Origin: Rhizodiscina lignyota
Lineage: Eukaryota
Assembly: GCA_010015805.1 (NCBI GenBank)
Contig: ML978128.1
Coordinates: 1,550,001-1,614,000, forward strand
Length of the DNA: 64,000 nucleotides
Direction of reading: 5' to 3'
The translations under genes and the position numbers were made by a program. Within the stretch, counting starts at the first letter, position 1, and each line of letters opens with the position of its first letter. The notes below the pieces were generated by a model. It ran no database searches. It had not been told where the DNA came from and saw only the letters and a program-made list of their open reading frames with translations. Positions 11,806 through 24,291 of the stretch are shown piece after piece.

Positions 11806-14800
11806 ATGAGCCAGCAATTCCCCTGGGGACCGCCAAGTCAGCAACAGAACGGCGGTCGTCCACCTTCCATCTCCACTGCTGCCTCCGCTGCGCTCAATTC
11901 TCAAGGCGCAGACACGGCGGCGCCGCAGTCGCAGAGTCCGTCTCGCAGCGCGTTCCCACCTTTAGCGTTGGCAGGCTCTGCCGCCACCCAGGCCGCAAAT
12001 CGGCGAAGCATTAGCAGAAACTCATCAGTCTCGTCCGTCTCCGCTACCTTTTCACCCTCACAATCCGGATCGCAGCAGCAAACGTTCAGTCAGCTGCTGT
12101 CGTCCGGGCGTAATCGAGCAACCGTGTCAACGGGCAATCCACCACCAGCTTCCTCCGCCGCAGGCGCGCCTACTACATCACAAGGAGCCGGCGTTGGTGC
12201 GAACGGCGGCGGCGGAGGAACCACCAAGCTGGCTCGAGGATCGCCTTCGCTCTCCCAATCCAGCGGGGTTGGGTCGCCCATCGCTCCAACCTCTGCGCCC
12301 GCTCCAAACTCTCAATCCTTTGCCAAGATTGTCATCGCTCAGATCTTCCTGCTCCTCAGTGGGATTCCGAGAGAAGATCAAGATAGGGCAAAGTGGGAGT
12401 CTCAGACGGAGCAGGTTAGAAAGGTTTGTCCACAATTATCTGTTTTTCTACGCGACTGGACTAACATATAACAGCTGGTTGATTCAAGCGGCATGGAAGT
12501 ATACTCCAAGTACTTCCGCAGGTTACTTCAAGGCAATGCAGCCCAGATCTTTGCCCCAGCTGGAAGGGTTGAGCCCGCTACTACTTACCACATAATAGTT
12601 GGAGAAATGCAAAAGTTACGGCACGACCCACATCAAGCGGAGAAGATCGCCGAGTCCATCGACACGACTGAAGGTGACTTCTTCCGTGACTTCGATCTCT
12701 CTACCTTCATGGAACACTTCAAGCTAGATCCGATTTCTCGCTTTACACTCGCGTTGGAGCTAAAAGACGCGTCTAAACCGGATCTGAGGTCCAAAGGTAC
12801 GTTCACGTGTTAGAGAATAAACTTTCTTCGCTAACACCTCTATTAGCCGAAGCGATCATCTCCCAATACTACCTCGCCTTCCTTGAATCCATAATTCCTC
12901 CCAAACCTGACAGCGACATTGCGCCCTCACACCTCGCTCACATAATTGAAAAAATTGCGCAAGAGCCGCCGCGTACCTGGAGCGAAGAAATGGAGTCGCA
13001 CTTACGTCAAGCAATCGAGCTTAGGTATCAGAAGCTTGGAACCAACGTTCCAGCAGAGGTTATCGCAGCTCTACAGATAGGCCAGCTCTTGAATCCTGGC
13101 TCAAATCTAGTTCGACTGATTCACCGCACCGGCCCTCGAGGAACGACATCCGCGCAAAGCTGCCAAGAACTGCTTGCAAATGTCGAAACACGAGACATCA
13201 ACTACACACAAGTGGCTGATACATTGCTGTACATGGCTTTGGTCGAGAATGGTCAAGCATACAATGCTGCGAATTTTGTGAACGCACTTCGTGATCACCG
13301 GGCCGGTAAACGCTTGGATTGGCAGGATGTCGTTCATGCTTTTGACCGGCCGGGATTGCAAATCTCCAAATCGCAGTTCTTGGTTCTCTATAATGCGCTG
13401 CTCCCTCTTGCGCAGGATTACGAGAACTTCGACATCCAGCTTCTGTGGGGCGGTTCGTGGCAAAACAAGCACACGCAGATATACTTTGTGGTTGCTTTCC
13501 TAACGTGTTCATCCGATGAACTTGACATTACGAGAATTCCTCGGCTTCGCAAAGCGTTCGCTCTCGAAGACTTTCAGGACAGTTCAGAATCCATCAAGGA
13601 ATTTGCTGCCAGTGTCGCGAATCATCCTCTTGTCTCACTTGATGCCACCGCCGCCATCTTCAGCATCATTTTCGAGTCTCGCGAAGTTTATGATTCTGCG
13701 CAACAGATCGGAATCCCGGACATTGTCATCAATGCAAACACGCAGGTCTTTGTCGTCGCAGCTGCAGCAGTGCCAAAGCCATGGGGCGGCTTGCAAGATC
13801 AAGCGCTGAGACAGCTGTTCAAGCCGTTTGTTGAGAAGCGCGTCCCCCACTACGACTTTGTCTTTGAGGGCTTGTGGAAGCGCGACAGCAAGTGGCTTGC
13901 CGAGAAGCTCACCGACATATATCTCGAACAACCAATCTTCCTGCTTCGCATCTTTGAACACGCGGAAGAGCACGGCTGGCTTAATGCCCTTGTTGGTATG
14001 AACACTGAGCTGAGCCTGGATCTGGCATCGTACGCCCATGGACGCGGAGCCCTTGACATCGACGCCTGGGCCCAGAAGACCATGCAAGCGATTCCCGATG
14101 TACTGCCGAAAGCCTTAGCCTCCTTCCTGAGCATGAAAGCTGAATCCGACATCCAGCTCCGTAATCCAACTGGTAGCGAAACTCAAACTGTTCCTCTTAC
14201 TATTAAGACTGTCTATGCCTTCCTTGGAGTCCTAGAGGGCCAGCTGCCAGATGAAGAAATTCTGCAACTGCAGCGTTCCTGCCTCCAAGCCTATCCGAGG
14301 TTGATCAACTATGGAATAGACGACAACATCGATGCAGTTCTTGATGCGAATGGACGCGATGGCAACTTCCTTCCCCCAGAGATTGAAGCGCGCATGACCG
14401 AATATTTCAAGCGGCTTTATCGACAAGAACTGCAGGTGCACGAGTACATTGCTCATCTGAAGGAGATCCGCCGCAGCGAAGTATCCGAAGAGCAAGATCT
14501 TTTCGTCAGCATGATATCTGGTTTGTTGGAGGAATACAACTGCTTCGGCGAGTATCCTCTCGAGGCTCTTGCTACAACTGCGGTCCTTTTTGGCGGTATC
14601 ATCAACTACAACCTGCTGTCATCGGTCGCCTTACAGGTCGCTTTGTCAATGGTGCTCGAGGCTGTACAAGAGCATCCGATCGACGACTCGATGTACAAAT
14701 TCGGATTACAGGCCCTGCTCCATTTTACGAATCGCTTGGAAGAGTGGCCTACATTTTGCGAGAGGCTTTTACGAGTGCCGCTTTTGAAGGGAACCGACGT

Positions 14801-17800
14801 ATGGCCAAAAGCAGAGGAAATCGTGAGGAGAGCGCAAGAACAGAATGTCAACGGTGATTCGTCCAATGGACTGACGAATGGTAATGTCGATGCTCTCACT
14901 GAACCTGCAATTCCAAATTTTACTTGCGTCGCAGCTGATCCGGTGATGGATCTCGAACCCTATGAAGATCCAGATGAGGACACACAAGACAAGGTCTTGT
15001 TTGTTCTGAACAACATTTCGGAGCGCAATCTCCAGGACAAATCGAAGGATCTGAAGGAAGCGCTTGAGGAGAAGCACCACCAGTGGTTTGCCGGCTATCT
15101 GGTAGAAGAGCGAGCCAAGTCTCAGCCAAACTTCCAACCCTTGTACCTTCAGATGTTGGAGGTATTTGACGATCGAAAGCTCTGGGCTGAAGTCCTCCGC
15201 GAGACCTACAAGACCATTACGAAGTTGTTGAACGCAGAATCAACGATGCACTCTACCCAGGAACGTACTAATCTGAAGAACTTGGGCGGCTGGCTTGGGT
15301 CTTTGACCTTGGCCCGTGATAAGCCAATCAAGTTCAAGAATATATCTTTCAAGGATCTACTCATTGAAGGCCATGACACTCAACGACTCACTATCGTCCT
15401 TCCCTTCACCTGCAAAACTCTTGCACAAGGTGCTCGCTCGATCGTGTTCAAGCCGCCAAATCCCTGGATGATGGAGATCGTTCGCGTCCTGAAGGAACTC
15501 TACCAGTTTGTGGAGATGAAGCTCAATCTCAAATTCGAAGTCGAAGTGCTATGCAAGGACCTCAATCTCGACATCAACGTGGTTGAGCCGTCTGACAGTA
15601 TACGCTCTCGGCCAATGCAGGATGATGACTTCCTCAGCAACATCATGTCCGCGGACGGCATGGACCAGCAAGGCTTTAACGACCTCTCGCTCATGAGTCT
15701 ACACCGCACGCGTGGCGCGAATGACCGTTTCTCTGGACAAGCAATCATGGCTTCTTTGCCCTCATTCCATGGTAAACTGATCTATCCGCCATCGCCTTCT
15801 AACCTCGTCAACAAGACACAACTCGAGCGGATTATGCTGGACTCCACACACCAAGCTCTTCAAGAGATCATTGCACCAGTGGTTGAACGCTCAGTTACTA
15901 TTGCTGCCATTTCTGCAGCGCAACTTGTCTCCAAGGACTTCGCAACCGAGCCGGACATTGATCGCTATCGTAATGCTGCTGGCAACATGGTAAAGGCATT
16001 GTCGGGCAGCCTGGCGCTAGTGACATGCAAGGAGCCGCTCAGGATGAGCATCACAAACAATATCCGTCTGTTGGCAAAGGATCTCCCCGAACAGGCACTT
16101 CCTGAAGGCTTGATTCTCATGTTCGTCAACGACAACCTTGACACGATCTGCAATCTCATTGAGCAAGCGGCGGAGAGCCAGAGCGTCAACGAAATCGAAC
16201 ACCAGATACGCGAAGGCATCCATGCAAGGCAGACTCATCGTGACACCCGTCCTCACGAGCCATTCGAGTTCCCTAGTGTTTCTCCATGGGCGCTCTACAT
16301 CCCTGACCCATACAAACAGCAGCAGGGCGGTCTCAGCCGTGAGCAACTAGCTATCTATGAAGACTTTTGCCGACACGTGCGTGGCCTTCCAGGCCATGGG
16401 CCAACGCCCAGCCAAGATGCTGGCAGGCAACTCCCAGACGTCATACAGGATAGCCAGTTCCCGGCAATCCCGAATCTTCCAACACCCGCGGAAGCGCCTG
16501 CAATTCCTCGCCAAGCTATGCCACAGCAGCGTCTGCAACCTGGACCACCTCTAGCTCCAGGCCTTCCAGTTCAACCGCATCTCAATGGCTTCATGGACCC
16601 TGAACTACGCGCTGGGGAATTGTTCGAAGAACTGCGCCGACATGCGAAAGAGAGCAACACCGATCGCATAAAGGATCTGGCGCATGACAATGACATCCGT
16701 ACGATCTACGAAGGTCTCCACGAGATTTTGCTTCAAACTCCGGTGCCAGCACGGGATGAAGTATGCATCAAGCTCGCATGGGCTGCGTATAACATCATTT
16801 TTGATGGCAACTCCAATCGACTGGAGACAGAGGTCATGGCAAACGTACTTGTTGCCGGATGCCAGTACTCTGTTGAGACGAGCAAGATCATGTTGCGCAT
16901 GCTGTACGAGAACGACGACGGAGAACATCTCTTCAACCTCCCTGCCACGGTTTGCTTGCTGGAGAACGAGGTGCTCGACCTGAAGCGCGTTGATAGTATC
17001 ATGGCAAAGTTTCTGCGCTCCCCGGACAGCGGCAGGGCGAGCAAGGCCGCCGAGTTCTTGGCCGATCTTGCAGAAGAAGTTCTGACTGGCAACAATAGCT
17101 ATTATCTTGCTTTCCGAGCAGATTTTGCCCGTTCATTCGAAGCTCTCACGCATGTCGTGGCAGAGAACCCGAATTTTGAACTTGGCAAGAGCGTTGCTGC
17201 GAAATTGCAGATCAATCTACCTGATGCTAGCCTTCCCCCTCCTCCCGGAGCTTCAAAGCAGGATCAGCTGGAGTACGTGTTCGACGAATGGGTCCATCTG
17301 CATCAAAGCTCGAATGTCTCGGAAAAGGCGACCCTTGCATTCATCAAGCAGCTTTCCGACTACGGAGTTCTTCGGAACAGGGAGGACTCCATCCTCTTCC
17401 TCCGTGTCTGCGTTGATGCTTCCGTCGCTGCTTGGGAGAACGAGATGATCGCTACTGGAAACCAGACCCTTGCGTATACACATGTCGATGCCTTGGCTCG
17501 ACTTATTGTGTTCTTGATCGTCTATCAAGGAGAACCTGATGGAGCAGTTAAAGCTAACAAGGCTGGGATTTTTGAGGGCATTCTGGCTCTTATTATTCTC
17601 GTCATGTGCAACCATCACCAGCAGCGTGGCGGCCATTTCGCACAGAAGGTGTTCTACCGCCTCTTTGCCACCACCACCTTCGAGCTCCACAGGAGCCGCA
17701 GTGCAATAGCTGGCTTTGAGAAGGATATTATGCTTGTGTTGGGTCGTGGGTTCCTGGCCATGCAGCCGCGCTTCCTGCCGGGATTCTCATTTGGCTGGAT

Positions 17801-19079
17801 TGCACTCATCTCGCATCGCATGTTCATGCCGGCAATGCTCAAGATGGCAGATCAAGCGGGCTGGGACCTGTACATTCAGACCATGGAGACCCTTCTTGAG
17901 TATGTCGGAGAGTTGGTCAAGCCCGTGGTAACCTCAGAGCTCGCGCGCGACATGTACAGGAGTGTGCTGAGGATCCTACTTGTCCTCCACCACGACTTCC
18001 CCGAGTTCTTGGCTGAGCACCATATCAGGCTCTGCAACGCCATTCCAGCGCACTGCACGCAGCTCCGCAACCTCGTCATTTCGGCTTATCCGTCTACTTA
18101 TCCAGAGCTGCCGGATCCGTTTGCTAGCAACCTCAAAGTTGACCGAATTGAGGATGTTCGCAAGGCACCTCCTATCCGATATGATGCTGATGCTGAGCTT
18201 TCCGCTGCTGGCATCAAGTCTGCCATGGATGCACTATTGTCGACTCCTGAAGACCAACCTCTTGGCTCCACTGAACTTGCTCAAGTCGTGGATGCATGCA
18301 ACCGATCGTCTCTCCATAACGTCGGATTTGGTGGTGTTCCTCTCGAAACGGATCATATTCTGATCACTGCGATTGTGCTTGCGATTGGATCTCGCGCCGT
18401 TGAGACGATTGCTGCCAAGAATGGACAGGTTTTCCAGTCTCAGTCACCACATGCCAAGCTTCTCAATACTTTGGCTCGCCAGCTTCGCCCAGAGTCCCGA
18501 TATCACTTCCTCTCTGCGATTGTGAACCAACTCCGCTACCCCAACAGCCACACTCACTGGTTCAGCTACGCCCTGCTTGCGTTCTTTTCGCCAGCAGCGG
18601 CGGCCAGTGACGACGAGGAGTTACTTGGGGTGCAACAGCAAGCGACCCGGGTTCTATTAGAGAGGCTTCTAGTGCATAGGCCGCACCCATGGGGCCTGAT
18701 AATTACTTTGCTCGAGTTGTTGAAGAATACGGACCTTGGATTCTGGCAGTTGCCGTTCGTGAAGGCGGCCCCCGAAGTATGTTATCTCCTACAGTTATTC
18801 CGAGAGTTTTTCCTGCTACACACGCTCCCCAGAGGGCCAGAGGACGCTGCGGATCCGACCGGAGAGGATGGAGAGGAGGAGAGAGGCGCTCTAGGTGACA
18901 TCCTTAAAGCTGCCTCATCCATCATCTTCGCCCTCCGGTTATCATACAGCTTACTCTCTGCGGCTTCTACTCGTTTTAATTTCTTGCAGCACATAATGCT
19001 AACTTGACGCCAGGTTGAGCGGCTCTTCGGTGCACTGTTCACGCATATTCACAACAACTCGCCACGCGCTTTGACCTGA
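11806..19079 (+). CDS. NOT1: CCR4-NOT complex scaffold subunit Not1; 4 exons (introns 12424-12474, 12797-12846, 18777-19013)
   Basis: MEVYSKYFRRL, YPLEALATTAVLFGGII, DKVLFVLNNIS, LKNLGGWLGSLTLARDKPI, PVVERSVTIA, LALVTCKEPL, LVLHHDFPEFL, NQLRYPNSHTH, RPHPWGLIIT. The spliced end reads KAAPE|VERLFGALFTHI. Confidence 0.95.
18857..18951 (+). ncRNA. Candidate structured intronic RNA (long hairpin followed by ACA) in the last NOT1 intron
   Basis: GACCGGAG..GGAGA..GGA..GAGGC.GCT..AGG pairs with CCT..AGC.GCCTC.TCC..TCTTC..CTCCGGTT, giving an imperfect stem-loop of about 84 nt. ACA is at 18946-18948. Confidence 0.35.
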
Positions 19080-20266
19080 ACGACAGCTCGATAAGTCGTT
19101 CAAATGGCTTACATACACCTTGTCTCCTCACATACCTACGACTTCCCACTACTTCTTTCCCTGCTGCATCTGCACTGCATGCGAAGCTGGAGTTCTCTAC
19201 TTGGTCGGCGGGAAAGCTCTACGACAGTTATGAAGTGCTCATGACTTGTCCTGTCTTGTCTTCCTCTAACGTTTTCTGCTTCTCATGCATCCGGAGGCTG
19301 GCGAGCCTAGGGTTGGGTTGACGGTAATACCTTAGTTGCACTCATCAAGTGGTGTTTCATGCCTACGACTTCTTTTTCCCTTTTTGTGATTTTTGATCTT
19401 GCTGCAAAAGTTAGGCGCTGGTAAACGAGAGTTCTCGAAGACGATGGCCTTTTATGGTAACCGGCTTTCGAGGATGGGTGACTTCTTTCTCTTCTTGTTT
19501 TTGTTTTTTTTCACGGACGGCGAGATGATTGCGGCTCTTTTTTCCATGCCCTACTGCGAACCTGGATCGGGGAGCTGTAGTATACACACTCATCTTCTTG
19601 GAGTCGGAGGAGCGGGCCTTACAAAACGAGCTGCCATCAAGCATTTTAGAGGGTTCTTTCCTTGCAGTGACGAACTTGAGACGGTGGAGGCGGACTGCAT
19701 CTTGTGTAGGATAGCTAAAAAAAATTCTGTCTCCAGGAACGTCGGTCTGAGAAGCTTCGTTATGCATCGTCTTGTGACGATCTAACTGTTCTAGTTAAAT
19801 GCCCGGTAGTTCCGGCATTATCGGCTCGATCCGATTTCCCAAATGTATCCTCCATCCCGCCCATTCTCCCCGCATTCTGGTATTGACGTTGCCCATTCTC
19901 CACGCATTTCCGATGTAACATTCATGCCAGGCTAAATGCCATTTCATTAATCCTCCAATTACCATCATAAGCTTATTGAGCCTCCTGCAGGTACATGCCA
20001 TGAGATCCAATATTAGTAAACTATACGAGATCTGCCACACGGATATGTGACACCATATTGCGGGGATTGTCAGCGCTGCTGCAACCTGCCATTTCGATGA
20101 ATTGTGATTTTCCTGGAAGCTCGGTTCAATTATTTACGTTGCATCCCTTCAGCTCTGCGTGACTATGTACAAAATTTCAAAATGACATTTATATCCCGCC
20201 CCTGGCGGTGCCGCGAAAGCTCGGTCAAAGTGAGAAGAGCGGCTCTTGCGTGCCTAGAATACCATC

Positions 20267-21900
20267 ATGGCGGTGCTCACATCGTTTGCAGTCTATACAT
20301 CTCTTCTATTCTCAATAGCTCTCGCGGCGCCTGCTCCGGCAAAGCACATTTCGCTGCCACGTCAACCGCCTTCGAGCGCAGTTGTCGTTCCGAAAGACCT
20401 CGTGTCCTTGTCAATCGAATTCAAGCGCCTCCCTAAATACGCCGGCGATACAAAGTCACCCAACACCTTCTCCCTGAACCTTTTGAACAATCTGAAGCAA
20501 GTAACCGGTGTATTTCCGGTCTGCAGAGTGGGAGGCAATTCTCAGTAAGAAGCTTGAGCTCCCCAACTTCATACTAGCGAAGACTGAAACTCAATTGTAG
20601 AGACGATGCTATCTACAATGCCACCCAATCCGACCCCGAAGTTGACCTGCCCATCCCTCCTGGATATATCCGACAGCCTGCCAGTATCGGCGCGAGCTTC
20701 TTTGATTCCTACCGTGTCTGGCCAGCCAAGTTCATCGCGGGTATCGATCTCGCACGCAACGACTCCATTGGGGTAGAGAGCGTGAACAAGTTCACCGAAT
20801 TATCGTGTAAAGCTTTAGGTAAAAATCTCTTTATGTGGGAAAGTGGCAACGAACCGGATCAATACGCATCCAATTGGGGACGGAGAGACCCCACGTTCTG
20901 GACAATAGAGAATTACGTCGCGCAGTGGAAGAACTACTCGTCGAAGGTGCAAGACCAGGTCGCGAAGAGCTGTCCGCAGCTGAGGAAGTCTTCGTCTTTC
21001 TTCGGCCCGTCCATGGCGGGGATCAATTCCGACCCAGATGGCTTTGGGCCTGTCGGAGCATTTGTGCATGGAATTGATAGCAACCCCAAGACTCCAATCC
21101 AGCAAATCTCGACGCACAACTACGCCGGTGGGGCAGGATTGCCAGGCGTGTCATTACAGGCGACTTTGATGAACCATACCGCCATAATGAACAATATCCA
21201 AGGCCACTTGAATATCCGCTCGATACTCGCCTCGGATGGATTCAAGATGCCATTCACGATTGGTGAGACCAACTCGCTCTTTGGCGGTGGCGCATCGGGA
21301 ACCAGCAACACGTATGGCGCGGGCTTATGGACCGCTGATTATTCTTTGTGGATCGGCTCCGTCGGTATTCAACGCGTCCAGTTCCACCAGTCCTACGGCG
21401 CCGCGTATAGTGCGTGGAATCCTGTCGAGATCGGCTCAAGCGGGCCGCCTGCTACCCTAGCACCGTACTATGGCAAGATCTTCGCTGCCAAGTTCATCGG
21501 ATCCGATTCGAACGCCAAGATTGCAAACATACCAATTGCAGGTACGGATGGTCTTGAGAGCATGTACGCCGCATACGGACGGTCGGGATTGGAGAGAATT
21601 GCAATTCTGAATCTGAAGTTGTACAACTCGACGGACTCCACTTCGACAAGAGACAGCAGGACGTATTCGGTGCAGCTACCGCAGAGCAACAGCAATGTGA
21701 GACTCGAACGTCTTCAAGCTGCTGGTGCAGATGTGACGAGCGGAATCACCTTTGGAGGCTACTCGTATGATTATGCGCTCGGAAATGGCAAGCCAGTGAA
21801 AGTGAAGTCGTCTAATGGGGTGACAACGCAGAAGGTGAAAGGAAGCGCGTTGAGCGTCACGGTCGCAGATTCGGAAGCGCTGCTAGTAACCATACTGTAA
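20267..21900 (+). CDS. Secreted glycoside hydrolase family 79 (beta-glucuronidase-like); intron 20545-20600
   Basis: Signal peptide MAVLTSFAVYTSLLFSIALA; VSLSIEF, RVGGNSQD (across the intron), catalytic WESGNEPD and IGETNS, GAGLWTADY, APYYG. Confidence 0.88.
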
Positions 21901-21918
21901 ATTGTAATGCAGCATCAG

Positions 21919-23154
21919 TCATAGGGTGGCTTTTGTTGCCCACGCGGCCATGTGGTATAGCGGAGTGTCGTTCATGAATGGCTCAGAAAGCCATTCAAAT
22001 TTAACTGGCTTGGTAAATCTTGCTTCGTAACTATCCAAGATGGTGCCGAGGCCATAGGTCCATCTGGCCATGGAATCGTACTGTTGGAACCACCACACAA
22101 CCCGCTCCAACTTTGGGAGCCGCTCTGGAGCATTTCTTAGCAGATTCAGCATGGCTCCATGTCGGAGCTCTCGTCTAACGCCGTCTGCCATGTGCCAATT
22201 GAACATCTGATACTGTAATTGCAGAATTTCAACATTGGGAGGCAGCCTAGTTGATGGAAGTAATGCATCATCTATGCCATCTCTGACAAAGTCATCCAGT
22301 ACGCCGAGCCTCCTGATTTTTGAATAGTCTGCAAATGAGATGGGTCCACCCGATGCTAGCAACCAGCTATTCTTGAAGCATCCTGCGTCGCTGCTACAGA
22401 TGAAGAGCTCTTCTAGAGTATCCTTGTGCCGCCGGAGGAGTTCTTCTAACGCATGTGCCGATATTGGGCCCTCGTAACGGGCCGAAGCCGCCTCAGAGCA
22501 GTACAATTCGAAGTGGAAGCACCTCAACGTGCTTATTGTAGACAAAATGGTGCCAATGCTACTACCCAAACTGTCAGCTGCGCCGCGATATAGTCGTAAA
22601 TCCGTGATGTCCGACGTGCTCCCCCTGAGACTGGCAAGACGCTCATATGAAAGATGAGATGTGTGCCAGTACTCGTCTAGGATAAGGGTCTTTAAGTTGC
22701 GTTTGCGCAAAAGAGAGCAGAGTAGCTCGGTCTCGTCAAAGTCGTAAGCACACGTGGAAACGCGCACTTCGGTAAGGCAGGGTAGTAAGTCAAGTATCTT
22801 GAGCTTAGATGCACGACACTGCTCTTGAAGGGAGTTGCTTGGTGACGTATGTGTAACTGTCAACTTCAGACGTTTGACTTGACTTTGCACCTCGGGCCGC
22901 TTCTCAAGCATATGAATAAGGCGCGTGTATCTTTGGAGACCACGTCCCGAATTTGAAGATATAAGATGGACAGCGAGACAAATGGACCTGAAGAATAGAG
23001 GCTCTACTATCCGGTATAGGCGCCGACAGGCCAGCGCAGCATTGGTAAGGGATCGACCTCTAGGGAGGGAAGAGACAATGTACAATATGATCTCGTCAGG
23101 CAGCTTCTCGAGAAACTTTGTTGGCTCATCGTCATTGGCGACTGATTGATCCAT
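21919..23154 (-). CDS. F-box domain protein with LRR-like C-terminus
   Basis: N-terminal F-box FLEKLPDEIILYIVSSL..LTNAALACRRLYRIVEPLFFRSI, followed by LxxL repeats. ATG at 23154; intronless. Confidence 0.78.
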   Translation of the reverse strand: MDQSVANDDEPTKFLEKLPDEIILYIVSSLPRGRSLTNAALACRRLYRIVEPLFFRSICLAVHLISSNSGRGLQRYTRLIHMLEKRPEVQSQVKRLKLTVTHTSPSNSLQEQCRASKLKILDLLPCLTEVRVSTCAYDFDETELLCSLLRKRNLKTLILDEYWHTSHLSYERLASLRGSTSDITDLRLYRGAADSLGSSIGTILSTISTLRCFHFELYCSEAASARYEGPISAHALEELLRRHKDTLEELFICSSDAGCFKNSWLLASGGPISFADYSKIRRLGVLDDFVRDGIDDALLPSTRLPPNVEILQLQYQMFNWHMADGVRRELRHGAMLNLLRNAPERLPKLERVVWWFQQYDSMARWTYGLGTILDSYEARFTKPVKFEWLSEPFMNDTPLYHMAAWATKATL

Positions 23155-23652
23155 GGTTCCAGGCAGTGTGTGATCTCGATAACTGGCAAATTTGAACTGA
23201 TCTTGGAAATGATGTTTGAGTTTGGTTATCACACTTATTCGGAACTGGAGTAAGGAGGTCGCGATATCGGGTCGTCAGCCGATTCCACCGCCCGAAGTTT
23301 AACCGGTTGGGTGCCGTGGGTGGCTCTAGCACCTGGCCCTGGGTATCTAATTCTGGGTGGGTTGAGGAGCCGCCAACAGCCATGGAATTCAACAAGAGAT
23401 ATCACGAACCTTTACGCGCCGCCTGGGCAGGAGCTGTCGGACAAAGGTCCTGTGACAGAAAATTCATGCCTTAAGAGTGAATGAATAGCATGAGCGGCTA
23501 CTCTATATCAATGCGCTCATGCATTTTGGGGGGAAGTGCTTCCTTCAACATTAGAGGGCATATGATACAAGTCAAATATAACCACCAACGAGGCAATTTT
23601 TATTTTAAAAACTGCTTAGCTGCTTTACAGGCTGTGCGTCGCAAACATAATC

Positions 23653-24108
23653 ATGAGTGCTGGGAAAGAGCGAGAGAGACCGAAGCTCACTCCAGAGGTG
23701 AAAGAATCGCCTACAGATCGCTCCAACTCATCCGACGAGCAATTCCCCGAGGCTGTTGCAGAATTACAACAGCTTCACATATTCAATCCAAATACAAAGG
23801 TGGATTTTGAAGAGCTCCGGGTAGCCATTGCCGAAAATCTGGGCAGATTCAGGAAGCACGAAGAATACCTCACATTCCTTGCAGACTTGATCTGGAGTCT
23901 CTGTATTCCCTTGAAGCCAGGGGATGTTGAAGATTTTGCAAGAGGACTCGCATTGTTGGCATGCAAGAGGCGACAGTTGATTGATGATGCAATGAACGAG
24001 AGGCCTGAAGAAGCGGTAAAGAGACCCGCCCCCGAACCTGCGGAGGAGAAAGGTGGTGAAAGACAGAGAGCGAAATTGTTCATCGCGGGTTATAGGCCGT
24101 TTGGTTGA
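23653..24108 (+). CDS. eIF3j (Hcr1) C-terminal-domain-like protein A, divergent and truncated
   Basis: ELQQLHIFNPNTKVDFEELRVAI..RKHEEYLTFLADLIWSLCIPLKPGDVEDFARGL matches, by eye, the fungal eIF3j helical-domain pattern (L..L.LF.P.TK..F..L...L......K..HY..F...F...L...L....V). Confidence 0.6.
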   Translation: MSAGKERERPKLTPEVKESPTDRSNSSDEQFPEAVAELQQLHIFNPNTKVDFEELRVAIAENLGRFRKHEEYLTFLADLIWSLCIPLKPGDVEDFARGLALLACKRRQLIDDAMNERPEEAVKRPAPEPAEEKGGERQRAKLFIAGYRPFG

Positions 24109-24291
24109 TTTACCGCAGGTCGTACAGATATGGCTCTTTTGATAAGGGCGCTTAGAGTATGTTGTTCACATGAGGCCCAACTTGTGCGACCATGAGGAGT
24201 ATATGAAAGTCCATCCTCCTGCAGCGCCGTGGGCACAGACTTTGTTCATACGACTACTCATTCCATTAATTCCGTATGAAATATTAGCAAG

